A stretch of 64,000 bases of DNA from contig JAXLNO010000446.1 in the NCBI GenBank assembly GCA_038087875.1, forward strand, positions 868,001 to 932,000, in the 5' to 3' direction. How positions within the stretch are numbered: position 1 is the stretch's first letter; each line of letters opens with the position of its first letter. Both the position numbers and the translations under genes were made by a program. Below, in pieces: positions 37,599-50,544 of the stretch. This stretch comes from Malacoraja senta (lineage: Eukaryota). Below the pieces are notes generated by a model that was not told the origin of the DNA, searched no databases, and was given only the letters and a program-made list of their open reading frames with translations.

Positions 37599-38389
37599 TT
37601 AGTCTTACCTAGTGGTACATTTATATTTGGAAGGTAGCTTGCTTGATCCAAGGTTTTAATGTTTGATGTTGGCTTAGTCCTGCAAAATTAAATTTTGTGC
37701 TAACATTATTATAGTTCTGCAAATAAAAATCATTGCTTTTCAACTCAAAGATGAAAGGATGATGGTTAGTCCTTAATTGCAAACATGATATTTGATGAAT
37801 TCTCCCACCAGTGGCTCCATCTACACTTCACGCTGCCTCGAGACAGCAGCCGACATCATCAAAGACTTGTCCCACCCCGGACATTCCTTGTATGTTCATT
37901 AAACCATATGTTCTAGGAGCAGAATTAGGCCATTCAACCCATCGAGTCCATTCAATCATGGCTGATCAATCTTTCCCTCTCAATCCCATTCTCCCGCCTT
38001 CTCCCTGCAACCTTTGACATCCTTGTTCCTTCTTCTCCCCACTCCCGTCCGGCAGAAGGTACAGAAGCTTGAAAGCGCGCACCACCAGACTCGGGAACAG
38101 CTTCTTCCCCTCTGTTATCAGGCTTCTGAACGGTCCTTCCATAAGCTAGGGTACTGTCCGATTCACCTCCACCCCATTGTGGACATTGGACTTTGTCTCT
38201 GGAACTGATGCGCTACAATGCTGAGAACTATATTCTGCACTCTGTATCTTCCCCTTTGCTCTACCTATTGTACGAGTTTGAAGTGATTGTATTTATGTGT
38301 AGTATGTCATGCAAAACAAAGTTCTTCACTGTACATCGGTACACGTGACAATAATAAACCTGAACATAAACATAAATCTATTCTGGAAA

Positions 38390-38990
38390 GCGGTAGAGTT
38401 GCTGCCTCACAGCACCAGAGATCCAGGTTCGATTCTGGCTATGGGTGCTGTCTATACAGCAATTGTACCTTCTCCCTGTGACATGCGTGGGTTTTCTCCG
38501 GGTGCTCCGGTTTAGTCCCCCACTCCAAAGACGTGCAGGTTTGTAGGTTAATTGGCTTAGTTAAAAATAGTAAAATTGTCTGATTTTTGTCGGATAGCAT
38601 TAGTGTACGGGGTGATTGCTGGTCGGTGTGGACTCGGTGGGCTGAAGAGCCTGTTTCCATGCTGTATATCTAAACTAAAAACTGGTATGGTGGCGCAGCG
38701 GTAAGTTGCTGCCTTACAGCGATTGCAGCGCCAGAGACCCGGGTTCGATCCCGACTGCGGGTACTGTCTGTACGGAGTTTGTACCTTCTCCCCGCGACCG
38801 GATGCTTCAGTTTTCTCCCACACTCCAAAGACGTGCAGGTTTGTAGGTTAATCAGCTTGGTATAAATGTAAATTGTCCCTAGTGTGTGTAGGATAATGTT
38901 AATATGCGGGGATCACTGGTCGGTGCGGACTCGGTGGGCGAAGGGCATGTTTCCGCGCTGTATCTCTAAACTAAACTAAACTAAACTAAA
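38390..38990 (+). mobile_element. Two tandem V-SINE copies
   Basis: SINE heads (GGTTCGATTC and GGTTCGATCC B boxes), central domains and (CTAAA)n tails. Confidence 0.88.
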
Positions 38991-39649
38991 ACTCAAACAG
39001 CAACCAGCCAACAGCGGGAGAAAGAGAATAAAATCTTTTGAGGATGGGCGCAGTGTCATTTTAGCTCTGTAGTTTGTGCCACTAAGATATATGTCAGGTC
39101 TCAATTTTGGATCTTACTTGATTGCATGTTATATAAATGATGATCAGTGCTGTCCTGGAAACATGAGACAAATCTTTCCCAGTGAACGAAGGAATATAAG
39201 CAAGCATCTTAACTGAAAACTCAAAGGAGTTGCAAAGACTTAAGATGAAAGGTGATGAGAAGCCAAAAGAAAATCTCACAGAAGTGAGAGACAGTCAGGG
39301 TGGGAGGTCGACTGATTAATAAAAGCAGATTGAACAACTCAGCGTTTTATGCAAGCAAGTTTCTGATCAAAGATTATAGACTGCGTATAAAGGGGAATAG
39401 ATAGGGTGAATGCACAGAGTCTTTTATCTAGAGTAGGGGGACCAAGAACCAGAGGACATAGGTTTAAGGTGAAGGGGACCGTTTTAATAGGAACTTGTGG
39501 GGTAACTCTTTCACACATGTATGGAATGAGCTGCCAGAGGAGTTTAGTCGAGGCAGGTAGTATAACTACATTTAAAGGTCGCTTGAACAGGTACATGGAT
39601 AGGAACTTCTGCAGTTGTATAGGGCTCTGGTAAGACCACATCTGGAGTA

Positions 39650-40875
39650 TTCTTTAGATATGTTAAGGGAAAAAGAGTAGCAAAGTCAAATGTGGGTCCC
39701 TTGAAGGCAGACGCGGGTGAAATTATTATGGGCAACAAGGAAATGGCAGAAGAGTTGAACAGGTACTTCGGATCTGTCTTCACTAAGGAAGACACAAACA
39801 ATCTCCCAGATGTACTGGAGGACAGAGGATCTAAGGGGGTAGAGGAACTGAAAGAAATTTTCATTCGGCGAGAAATAGTATTGGGTAGGCTAATGGGACT
39901 GAAGGAAGATAAATCCCCTGGGCCTGATGGTCTGCATCCCAGGGTCCTCAGGGAGGTGGCTCTAGAAATAGTGGACGAATTGGTGATCATTTTCCAATGT
40001 TCAATAGATTCAGGATCAGTTCCTTTGGATTGGAGGATAGCTAATGTTATCCCACATAAATGTGAGGTTATCCACTTTGGCGGCAAAAACAAGGGGGCAG
40101 ATTATTATCTCAATGGGGTTAGGTTAGGTAAGGGGGAGGTGCAGCGAGACCTGGGTGTCCTTGTACACCGGTCACTGAAAGTTGGCGTGCAGGTACAGCG
40201 GGCAGTGAAGAAAGCTAATGGAATGTTGGCCTTCATAACAAGAGGATTTCAGTATAGGAGTAAAGAGGCTCTTCTGCAGTTGTATAGGGCTCTGGTGAGA
40301 CCACATCTGGAGTATTGTGTACAGTTTTGGTCTCCTAATTTGAGGAAGGGCATTCTTGTGATTGAGGCAGTGCAGCGTAGGTTCACGAGATTGATCCCTG
40401 GGATGGCGGGACTGTCATATGAGGAAAGATTGAAAAGACTAGGCTTGTATTCGCTGGAGTTTAGAAGGATGAGGGGTTCTCTTATAGAAACATGTAAAAT
40501 TATAAAAGGACTGGACAAGCTAGATGCAGGAAAAATATTCCCAATGTTGGGCGAGTCCAGAACCAGGGCCCACAGTCTTAAAATAAAGGGGAGGCCATTT
40601 AAGACTGAGGTGAGAAAAAAGTTTTTTCACCCAGAGAGTTGAGAATTTGTGGAATTCCCTGCCACAGAGGGCAGTGGAGGCCAAATCATTGGATGGATTT
40701 AAGAGAGAGTTAGATAGAGCTCTAGGGGCTAGTGGAATCAAGGGATATGGGGAGAAGGCAGGCACGGGTTATTGATTGGAGACGATCAGCCGTGATCACA
40801 ATGAATGGTGGGGCTGGCTCGAAGGGCCGAATGGCCTCCTCCTGCACCTATTTTCTATGTTTCTATGTTTCTATG
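39650..40875 (+). mobile_element. CR1 LINE with an in-frame internal deletion of the RT core
   Basis: ORF 39692-40642 joins DWRIANVIP directly to HKCEVIHFGG, skipping the QHGF...FADD region seen in 45864-48473. The 3' UTR and (TTTCTATG)n tail are intact. Confidence 0.88.
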
Positions 40876-41295
40876 AAAGATCCAGAGAGATAAGAGGCAA
40901 ACACAGACAAATGGGACTAGATTAGATTGGGCATGTTGGTCGGCAAGGACATGATGGGCTTAAGGGCCTGTTTCTGCACTATAGAACTCTATGCCATGAG
41001 GTAGCCTGGGATATGACAGTCCAAGAGTGCAGGTCCACCACTGACCCTTGGTTCCAGAGCCTTGCCGGACCAACAGAGCTCACGTAATAATGATTCAACA
41101 ACACACCCCTGACCCACTAATAGTGCCCCATCCATGACTCTAAAGCACCATGGACTGCTAGAAACTTAAAGAATTAACAAATAAATAAACAAAGACTCTT
41201 TCAGCACGGAGGCACACGCCCCGAAAAACCGTGCACCACAGAGCAACGCTTTCATGATTTTGACTGGATTAAAGGAGGTGTCGGATCATCTACAG

Positions 41296-41640
41296 GCGGC
41301 ACGGTGGCGCAGCGGTGGAGTTGCTGCCTCACAGCGCCAGAGACCCGGGTTCGATCCTGACTACGGGTGCTGTCTGTACGGAGTTTGTACCTTCTCCCCG
41401 TGACCTGCGTGGGTTTACTCCGGGTGCCCCGCCCACACTCCAAAGACATGCAGGTTGGTAAAATTGTAAATTGTTGCCAGTGTGTGTAGGACATAGAAAC
41501 ATAGAAACATAGACAATAGGTGCAGGAGTAGGCCATTCGGCCCTTCGAGCCAGCACCGCCATTCAATGTGATCATGGCTGATCATTCCCAATCAGTACCC
41601 CGTTCCTGCCTTCTCCCCATATCCCCTGACTCCGCTATCT
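41296..41640. mobile_element. V-SINE head (+) joined to a CR1 3' UTR (-)
   Basis: GGCGGCACGGTGGCGCAGCGG..GGTTCGATCC, then CATAGAAACATAGAAAC..AGGTGCAGGAGTAGGCCATTCGG. Confidence 0.8.
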
Positions 41641-42237
41641 TTATATGAAAGAATCTATATGAAAGAACCAGAACCAGGACATGCCGAACGTCCTAAGCCA
41701 TCTAAGGAAGTACAAGGTCAACGTTGGAGCTGACTGGAAAATATGGAATGCCTAATCATGCTTCAAGATATATAAGATCTATGTTTGTTATATTTCCACA
41801 AACTCATGAATTATTCTGTTCACAGTACTCCTGTCTCCAGGTATGGTTCACATCTACTAGGTAAATATTTTACAAGATTGTGGAGAATAAAGGATTCATC
41901 ATATACGTATAATGGAACTTTTATGTTCATCCGTTGACACGGCTGATATTTTAGCCCAGTCTCCCCAAAGTTTAGAATAAATGCAAACAAACCTTTTGGT
42001 CTCACACCAAATGTCCCACAGCCATTGGTTCATAACTGATGGGAGCAGAATTAGGCCATTCAGCCCATCAAGTCTGGTCTGCCATTCAATCATGGCTGAT
42101 TTATCAACCCCGTTCTCCTGCCTTCTCCCCATAACCGCTGACACTCGTACTAATCAAGAACCTGCGTCTCCACTTATTAAAAGGGGAAACAAATTGGGGG
42201 AGAGCACCAGTAAATGGGGAATTAGGGGAGGGCACAG

Positions 42238-42414
42238 ATCAGGTCGGGGTGAGTTCCCGCCGCCACGGGTACCATGTCATCCCGTGCTACCCGCTCCATG
42301 GTCGGATAGTCGGTGACTAAACCGTCTCCCCCACCTGGTTTGCCTGGTGAGAAGGGGGCTGTGGACCCCCAGCAGGACCAGAAACAAGACCTGTCTGATG
42401 ATGATGATGATGAT
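42238..42414 (+). mobile_element. Short RTE-like element with a (TGA)n tail (shorter copy of 14202-14672)
   Basis: Homologous to the reverse complement of 14500-14670 and ends TGATGATGATGATGATGATG. Confidence 0.55.
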
Positions 42415-43139
42415 GGCTGGTAAAAGGGGAACTAGGGGAGGGCACTGGTAAAAGCAGCCAACATAATCAAAGACGTCCCACCCCAGTCATTCCTTCTTCT
42501 TTCCTTTGAATTAATTTCAGTTTCTTGAATAATCTGCAACCGGACAAGTTTCTTAAACAGTTTTTGTCTTTGTGGTAGAATCACAGACTCATGGAGATGT
42601 ACAGCATCGGCTCTTGGGCCCATCTTGTTAGCATATTGGGCTAGACCCATTTGCCTGCTGCTGGCCCACACACCGCTAAACTCTTCCAGACAAATGGTGT
42701 GGAGTGGCGGCACCTAACGGCGAAGGCTTTAACATCGGGAGCCCCAGTCGCCTCGAAGCTGCAGTTGGACCGCGGGAGAAGAACAAAGGGAAGAGATAAG
42801 ACTTTTGCCTTCCATCACAGTGAGGAGGTGTTGGAGATTCACTGTGATGGATGTTTGTGTAAATTATGTTAAGTTTGGGTCTTGGTTTTTTTTGTAATGT
42901 TAAAACTGTAGGAATGAAATTTTGTTCAAACCAAGCTGTTTGAATGACAATAAAAGGCATTCTATTCTATTCTATTCTATCCTATCCTATCCATGCATCT
43001 GTGCAAAGGTCTTTTAGAGGTGCTAATTGCACCCATTGCTATAGCTCCATCTGGCAGCTCGTTCCAGATACAGACAACCCTCTGAGTAAAAAAGTTACTC
43101 CTGGGGTCCCTCTTCAATCTCTCCCCTCTGATCTTTAAC

Positions 43140-43525
43140 AATAGACAATAGACAATAGGTGCAGGAGTAGGCCATTTGGCCCTTCGAGCCAGCACCGCCA
43201 TTCAATGTGATCATGGCTGATCATCCCCAATCAGTACTCCGTTCCTGCCTCCTCCCCATATCCCCTGACTCCGCTATCTTTAAGAGCCCTATCTAACTCT
43301 CTCTTGAAAGCATCCAGAGAACCGGCCTCCACCGCCCTCTGAGGCAGAGAATTCCACAGACTCACAACTCTCTATGAGAAAAAGTGTTTTCTCGTCTCCG
43401 TTCTAAATGGCTTACTCCTTATTCTTAAACTGTGGCCCCTGGTTCTGGACTCCCCCAACATTGGGACACATGTTTCCTGCCTCTAGCGTGTCCAACCCTT
43501 AATAATGGTTCAATAAGATTCCCTC
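43140..43525 (-). mobile_element. CR1 3' fragment
   Basis: ATAGACAATAGACAATAGGTGCAGGAGTAGGCC tail and the standard reverse-strand 3' coding end. Confidence 0.85.
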
Positions 43526-44714
43526 TGCAAAGTTGGCCCTCAAAAATGCTAGGGAGTAGAAATAGGCTTTGAGTCGTGACTTAAAGGAGTTGATGGAGGG
43601 GGCAATTCTGATGAGGAGCGGGATGCTGTTCCACAGTTTAAGTGCTGCAACCGCAAAAGCGCGGTTGCCCCTGAGCTTAAACCTAGACCTCGGTATAGTC
43701 AGTAGCCCCAGGTCGGCCGACCTGAGGGACCTGGAGGTAGAATGGTGGTTTAGCAGATTTGTGATATATGGGGGGGGGGGGGGGGGGCAAGCCCGTTAAG
43801 GGCTTTGTAAACATATAAGAGGAGTTTGAAGTCGATTCTGTACCATACTGGGAGCCAGTGGAGAGAGGCCAGGATCGGGGTGACGTGCTCCCTTTTACGG
43901 GTACCCGTCAGGAGTCTTGATGCGGCGTTTTGGACCAATTGCAGGTGGGACGGGGATGATTGGCTGATGCCAGTGTATAGGGAGTTGCAGTAGTCAAATG
44001 CGTGGATGTTTTTCCATGATCGTCGAATTTGAGGAATGGTTTGATTTTAGCTATGGTACGAAGCTGGAAGAAACTAGCTTTTACCACAGAGTTGACTTGC
44101 TTGTCAAACGTTAATGCGGAGTCAAATATCACGGCAAGCTTTTTGATGTACGGTTTGAGTAAGGAGGTTAGGCTTCCAAGGCTGCATGCTATCGTTTTGA
44201 TGGAGTCCGAGGGGCCGAGTAGGATGACCTCAGACTTGCTCTCGTTGTTGGAGGAAGTTGGAGGAAGTTCTGAGCCATCCAACATTTTAAATCATCAAGG
44301 CAGTGCATGAGGCTCTTTAAATTAGACCGGTTGTTGGGTTTCAGGGGGAGATCTGTGTGTCATCTGCATAACAGTGGAAAGAAATGCCGTGCCGTTGAAT
44401 GACTTGGCCAAGGGGGAGCATTGAGAGTCCCGGGAGCCGTTGGAGCTGTTGGTGTGGGAGGAGTAAAGTCCGGGCGGCGAGTACAAAACCCCATCGCGGG
44501 GCTTTGATCCACAGAGGCCCGCGAGCCGTTGGTGAGGGAGGAACCCAATCAGTAACGTTCCATTCGCAGTTTACAGTTCAAAACAAGTGGGCTTGAGGGA
44601 GCCGTTGATTGGTGCAAGCGGACTAGAAGAAGCAGCTGATTGGGAGTCAGATCCCTGCTGATTTCTTCCAGCAGTTTGTATTGTATTGTATTGTATCCTA
44701 GGTACAGGAGGAGT

Positions 44715-45715
44715 ATGAGGGCCAGGGCAGTTTACTGTTCTGGATGTCAGATGTATTGTATCCTAGGTACAGGAGGAGTATGAGGGCCAGGGCAGTTTAA
44801 TGTTCTGGATCTCAGATGTGGGAGGTCAAGGAATCTGATAGCCTTCCAGACGTTCACATCTGCGCCAGGTGTATTGAGATGGGGCTCCTAAGGGACCATA
44901 TTAGGAACCTGGAGCAGCAGCTCGATGACCTCCGTCTGGTCAAGGACAGCGAGGAAGTCATAGAGAGGAGTTACAGGGATGTGGTCACTCCAAGACCACA
45001 GGAGGCAGGCAAATGGGTCATGGTTAGGAGGGGCAAGGGGCAGAGGCAGGGACTAGAGATTACCCCGGTGGCTGTACACCTTGACAATAAGTACTCCTGT
45101 TTGAGTACTGTTGGGGGGAACAGCCTACCTGGGGGTAGCGACAGCGGCCAGGCCTCCGGTACAGAGACCGGCCCTGTTGCTCAGAAGGGTAAGGAAAAGA
45201 AGAGGAGGGCAATAGTAATAGGGGTCTCTATAGTTAGGGGGTCAGATAGGCAAATCTGTGGACGCAGTCAGGAGACCCGGATGGTAGTTTGCCTCCCTGG
45301 TGCCAGGGTCTGGGATGTGTCTGAATGTGTCCAAGATATCCTGAAATGGGAGGGAGAGGAGCCCGAGGTCGTGGTACATATAGGTACCAATGACATAGGT
45401 AGGAAAAGGGAAGAGGTCCTGAAAGGAGAATTTAGGGAGTTAGGAGGAGAGTTAAGGAGAAGGACCGCAAACGTAACAATCTCGGGATTACTGCCTGTAC
45501 CACGCGACAGTGAGAGTAGGAATGGAGCGAGGTGGAGGATAAATGCGTGGCTGATGGACTGGTGCAGAGGGCAGGGATACAAGTTTCTGGATCATTGGGA
45601 CCTCTTTTGTGGAAGGTGTGACCTGTACAAAAAGGACGGGTTGCACTTGAACCCGAGGGGGACCAATATCCTGGCGGGGAGATTCGCAAAGGCTACTGCG
45701 GAGACTTTAAACTAG
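44715..45715 (+). pseudogene. CR1 ORF1: CxxC..CxxC zinc finger, coiled coil and SGNH-type esterase; start disrupted
   Basis: YCSGCQM..HICARC, IRNLEQQLDDL, IVIGVSIVRG (degenerate GDS), VVVHIGTND, DGLHLN. A 65-bp tandem duplication puts the first ATG out of frame, and the second copy has TAC changed to TAA. Confidence 0.88.
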
Positions 45716-45863
45716 AACGGTTGGGGGGAGGGACTCAAATGGAGAAAGCTAATAGACAGTGTGTGAGGCAGAAGGCAGAGAAGGGAAGCACTCAGATCCA
45801 ACAGTTAGGGGGGAAAGAAGAAAACAATAATAAACAGAGAATAAGAGGTGGTGGGTTTCTTAA

Positions 45864-48825
45864 ATGTGTGAGCAGAGAGAGGGGTGTAAAATGAGGGTAG
45901 AAGCAATAGGTAGCAAGGTGAAAAGTAAAAGTGGCAGGCAGACAAATCCTGGGCAAAAATCAAAAAGGGCCACTTTTCAGCATAATTGTATAAGGGGTAA
46001 GAGCGTTGTAAAAACAAGCCTGAAGGCTTTGTGTCTCAATGCAAGGAGCATTCGTAATAAGGTGGATGAGTTGAACGTGCAGATAGCAATTAATGATTAT
46101 GATATAATTGGGATCACGGAGACATGGCTCCAGGGTGACCAAGGCTGGGAGCTGAACATCCAGGGATATTCAATATTCAGGAGGGATAGAGAGAAAGGAA
46201 AAGGAGGTGGGGTAGCGTTGCTGGTTAGAGAGGAGATTAACACAATGGAAAGGAAGTACATTAGCTTGGAGGATGTGGAATCGATATGGGTAGAGCTGCG
46301 AAACACTAAGGGGCAGAAAACGCTGGTGGGTGTTGTGTACAGGCCACCTAACAGTAGTAGTGGAGTTGAGGATGGCATCAAACAGGAAATTAGAAATGCG
46401 TGCAACAAAGGCAAAACAGTTATAATGGGTGACTTCAATCTACATATAGATTGGGTGAATCAAATTGGCAGGGGTGCTGAGGAAGAGGATTTCTTGGAAT
46501 GTATGCGGGATAGTTTTCTAAACCAACATGTAGAGGAACCAACGAGAGAGCAGGCTATTCTAGACTGGGTATTGAGTAATGAGGAAGCGTTAGTTAGCAG
46601 TCTTGTTGTGCGTGGCCCCTTGGGCAAGAGTGACCATAATATGGTTGAGTTCTTCATTAGGATGGAGAGTGACATTGTTAATTCAGAAACAAGGGTTCTG
46701 AACTTAAAGAAAGGTAACTTTGAGGGTATGAAACGTGAATTGGGCAAGATTGACTGGCAATTGATTCTTAAAGGGTTGACGGTGGATATGCATTGGAAGG
46801 CATTTAAAGACTGCATGGATGAACTACAAAAATTGTTCATCCCAGTTTGGCAAAAGAATAAATCAGGGAAGGTAGTGCATCCGTGGATAACAAGGGAAAT
46901 CAGGGATAGTATCAAAACAAAAGATGAAGCGTACAAATTAGCCAGAAAAAGCAGCCTACCAGAGGACTGGGAGAAATTCAGAGTCCAACAGAGGAGGACA
47001 AAGGGCTTAATTAGGAAAGGGAAAATAGATTATGAAAGAAAACTGGCAGGGAACATAAAAACTGACTGCAAACATTTTTATATATATGTGAAGAGAAAGA
47101 GATTAGTTAAAACAAATGTAGGTCCCTTGCAGTCAGAAACAGGTGAATTGATCATGGGGAACAAGGACATGGCAGACCAATTGAATAACTACTTTGGTTC
47201 TGTCTTCACTGAAGAAGACATAAATTATCTGCCGGAAATAGCAGGAGACCGCGGGTCAAATAAAATGGAGGAACTGAGTGAAATCCAGGTTAGCCGTGAA
47301 GTGGTGTTAGGTAAATTGAATGGATTAAAGGCCGATAAATCCCCAGGGCCAGATAGGCTGCATCCCAGAGTACTTAAGGAAGTAGCCCCAGAAATAGTGA
47401 ATGCATTAGTGATAATTTCTCAAAACTCCTTAGATTCTGGAGTAGTTCCTGAGGATTGGAGGGTAGCTAATGTAACCCCACTTTTTAAAAATGGAGGGAG
47501 AGAGAAAACGGGGAATTACAGACTAGTTAGTCTAACATCGGTAGTGGGGAAACTGCGAGAGTCAGTTATTAAAGATGGGATAGCAGCACATTTGGAAAGC
47601 GGTGAAATCATTGGACAAAGTCAGCATGGATTTACGAAAGGTAAATCATGTCTGACGAATCTTATAGAATTTTTCGAGGATATAACTAGTAGAGTGGATA
47701 AGGGAGAACCAGTGGATGTGTTATATCTGGACTTTCAGAAGGCTTTCGACAATGTTCCACATAAGAGATTAGTATACAAACTTAAAGCACACGGTATTGG
47801 GGGTTCAGTATTGATGTGGATAGAGAACTGGATGGCAAACAGGAAGCAAAGAATAGGAGTAAACGGGTCCTTTTCAGAATGGCAGGCAGTGACTAGTGGG
47901 GTACCCCAAGGCTCAGTGCTGGGACCCCAGCAATTTACAATATATATTAATGGTTTGGACGAGGGAATTGAATGCAACATCTCCAAGTTTGCGGATGACA
48001 CGAAGCTGGGGAGCAGTGTTAGCTGTGAGGAGGATGCTAGGAGGCTGCAAGGTGACTTGGATAGGCTGGGTGAGTGGGAAAATGCATGGCACATGCAGTA
48101 TAATGTGGATAAATGTGAGGTTATCCACTTTGGGGGCCAAAACAGGAAAGTAGACTATTATCTAAATGGTAGCCGATTAGGAAAAGGGGAGATGCAACGA
48201 GACCTGGGTGTCATGGTACCCCAGTCATTGAAAGTAGGCATGCAGGTGAAGCAGGCAGTGAAGAAAGCGAATGGTATGTTAGCATTCATAGCAAAAGGAT
48301 TTGAGTATAGGAGCAGGGAGGTTGTACTGCAGTTGTACAGTATCTTGGTGAGACCACACCTGGAGTATTATACAGTTTTGATCTCCAAATCTGAGGAAAT
48401 ACATTCTTGCCATAGAGGGAGTACAGAGAAGGTTCACCAGACTGATTCCTGGGATGTCAGGACTTTCATATGAAGAAAGACTGGATAGACATGGCTTGTA
48501 CTCGCTAGAATTTAGAAGATTGAGGGGGGATCTTATAGAAACTTACAACATTCTTAAGGGGTTGGACAGGCTAGATGCAGGAAGATTGTTCCCGATGTTG
48601 GGGAAGTCCAGGACAAGGGGTCACATTTTAAGGATAAAGGGGAAATCCTTTAGGACCAAGATGAGAAAAACATTTTTCACACAGAGAGTGGTGAATCTCT
48701 GGAACTCTCTGCCACAGAAGGTAGTTGAGGACAGTTCATTGGCTATATTTAAGAGGGAGTTAGATGTGGCCCTTGTGGCTAAAGGGATCAGGGGGTATGG
48801 AGAGAAGGCAGGTACAGGATACTGA
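45864..48825 (+). pseudogene. CR1 ORF2: APE endonuclease plus reverse transcriptase, frameshifted near 48370
   Basis: LCLNARSI..GITETW..GVVYRPP..MGDFN..SDH (endonuclease); [29 protein letters not shown] (RT). The frame breaks after HLEY and continues as ORF 48454-48825. Confidence 0.93.
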
Positions 48826-50544
48826 GTTGGATGATCAGCCATGATCATATTGAATGGTGGTGCAGGCTCGAAGGGCCGAATGGCCTACTCCTGCACCTAT
48901 TTTCTATGTTTCTATGTTTCTAAGAGAATGGGGCCTAGGATGGAGCCTTGTGGAACGCCGCAGAAAAGGCTAGCTGGGGAAGAGAAAGAGTTGCCTATGT
49001 TGGTAGAGAAACTCCTGTCTTTGAGGTAAGAGATGAACCAGCTCAGGGCAGTGCCATCAACACCAACCTCGCACCGGAGATGGTCAATTAGGATGGTGTG
49101 GTCCACTGTATCAAATGCTGCGCTGAGGTCGAGAAGGAGCAGGATTGCACAGTCGCCGGAGTTGATGGCGAGAAAGAGGTCGTTGTGTACCTTCAACAAG
49201 GCAGACTCTGTGCAGTGGTGGGCCCTGAAACCTGATTAGAAACTTTCCAGGATAGTATTTTGGTGTAGGTAAGGCATTAGTTGGTTTAGAATTACCTTTC
49301 AAGGACTTTTGAGAGGAAAGGCAGTTTGGAAATAGGTCTGTAGTTGCTAGGCAAGGTGGGGTCTAGGTTAGGTTTTTTTAAGGAGGGGCTGGACCACCGC
49401 GTGCTTGAAACAGGTTGGAACAGTGTCAGTGGCCAGAGAACTGTTGATGATAGAGAGGATGCTGGGACCGGCTATTGCAATGACATCCTTCAGAAGGGCA
49501 GTGGGGACAACGTCAAGGGTGCAGGTTGCAGGTTGCAGGATTCATAGTGGAGACCAGCTTTACAAGGGAGGGTAGAGTAACGGGTTGGAAACAGCCTAAT
49601 TTAGAAGAACAGACCATTGAGACAGCTAGGTCATGGGTGGGAGGGGAAATATTTGTTCTAATGTTCTCAACTTTACTGGTGAAAAAAGTAAAGAATTCTT
49701 CGCACTTGGCAGGGGACCCAGTTAAGCTGGTACTGGGGGCAGGACATATGACAGAGGTAATGGTACTAAATAGGACCTTGGAGTTATGGGCGTTTTTGGA
49801 AATAAGGTCGGAGATGTATTGTGTTCTCGCAGACTTTACTGCTTCCTGGTATTTGAGAAATTGTTTCTCAGACGTTCAAAGGAAATTTGAAGCGTATCAG
49901 ATTTGTACTTCCGTTGTGATTTTCTGCACTCTCTTCTTAGGGCTCTGGTGGTATCATTGAGCCAGGGCCAACCTTTAGGCTTAGGCTTTTTCATTTTAAG
50001 AGGAGCAACAGAATCCAGGATGGAAGAGCAAGTGGTATTGAATAAAGAAATGAGGTCGTCAGTGCTGAGGTGGAGGGGAGAAGCCTCGATGATGCAGATG
50101 TCGGGAGCAGCTATGAGAGCCTCAGAGAACTTACTGGCAGTCGAAGAGTTTACGTAGCGGGAGTCGCGAACAGGGAGATGAGATTTTGAGGGAGAGAAAG
50201 GCAGAGATGCATCAAATATAATTGCACTATGATCTGACAGACAAGCATCAATAATTTCTATATTACAAATTGGGAGACCGGACAATAGCACCAGGTCCAA
50301 TGTATGGCCAAGCTTGCGAGTGGGTCCAGTGGTTAGTTGAGTCAGATTGAAGGACTCAACCAGGTGCATTAATTCACTCACCAGAGGCTTAGTAGGACAG
50401 CAGACATGAATGTTAAAATCACCAAGAATCAGGACTCAGTCAAATTTGGGCAAAAGGCTCGAGATAAGATCAGCAAATTGGGTGATTAAGTCCTTATCCA
50501 TTTATGGTGGGCGATACACAAGAACAATTTTAAGAGGGTTTAAG

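Larger units (their letters stand above)
44422..48920 (+). mobile_element. Near full-length CR1 LINE (~4.5 kb): 5' UTR, ORF1, ORF2, 3' UTR and (TTTCTATG)n tail
   Basis: Both junctions are defined by the interrupted L2 reading frame. ORF1 and ORF2 domains are listed separately below. Confidence 0.93.
43530..50530 (-). mobile_element. L2-clade LINE ORF2 remnant (43530-44421 plus 48921-50530), split by the CR1
   Basis: Minus-strand peptides GDFNIHV, GHTLDLV, LSDH (endonuclease); LLLLDLSAAFDTVDH and GVPQGSILGPIL on the right; MLPLGQVIQRHGISFHCYADDTQI and REHVTPILASLHWLPV..IDFKLLL..KALNGLAP on the left. Confidence 0.9.

Noticed and set aside
42238..42330. Possible HDV-like ribozyme in the RTE-like 5' region
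   Set aside because: I could not build P1/P2/P3 pairings by eye; only a simple CACGGG/CCCGTG hairpin is evident. A pattern search with an HDV descriptor would be needed.
45864..48473. 869-aa ORF as an active RT or domesticated gene
   Set aside because: It is frameshifted before the C-terminus, has substitutions in conserved motifs (GPQQF, INGLD), and ORF1 is disrupted. This is an ordinary dead CR1 copy.
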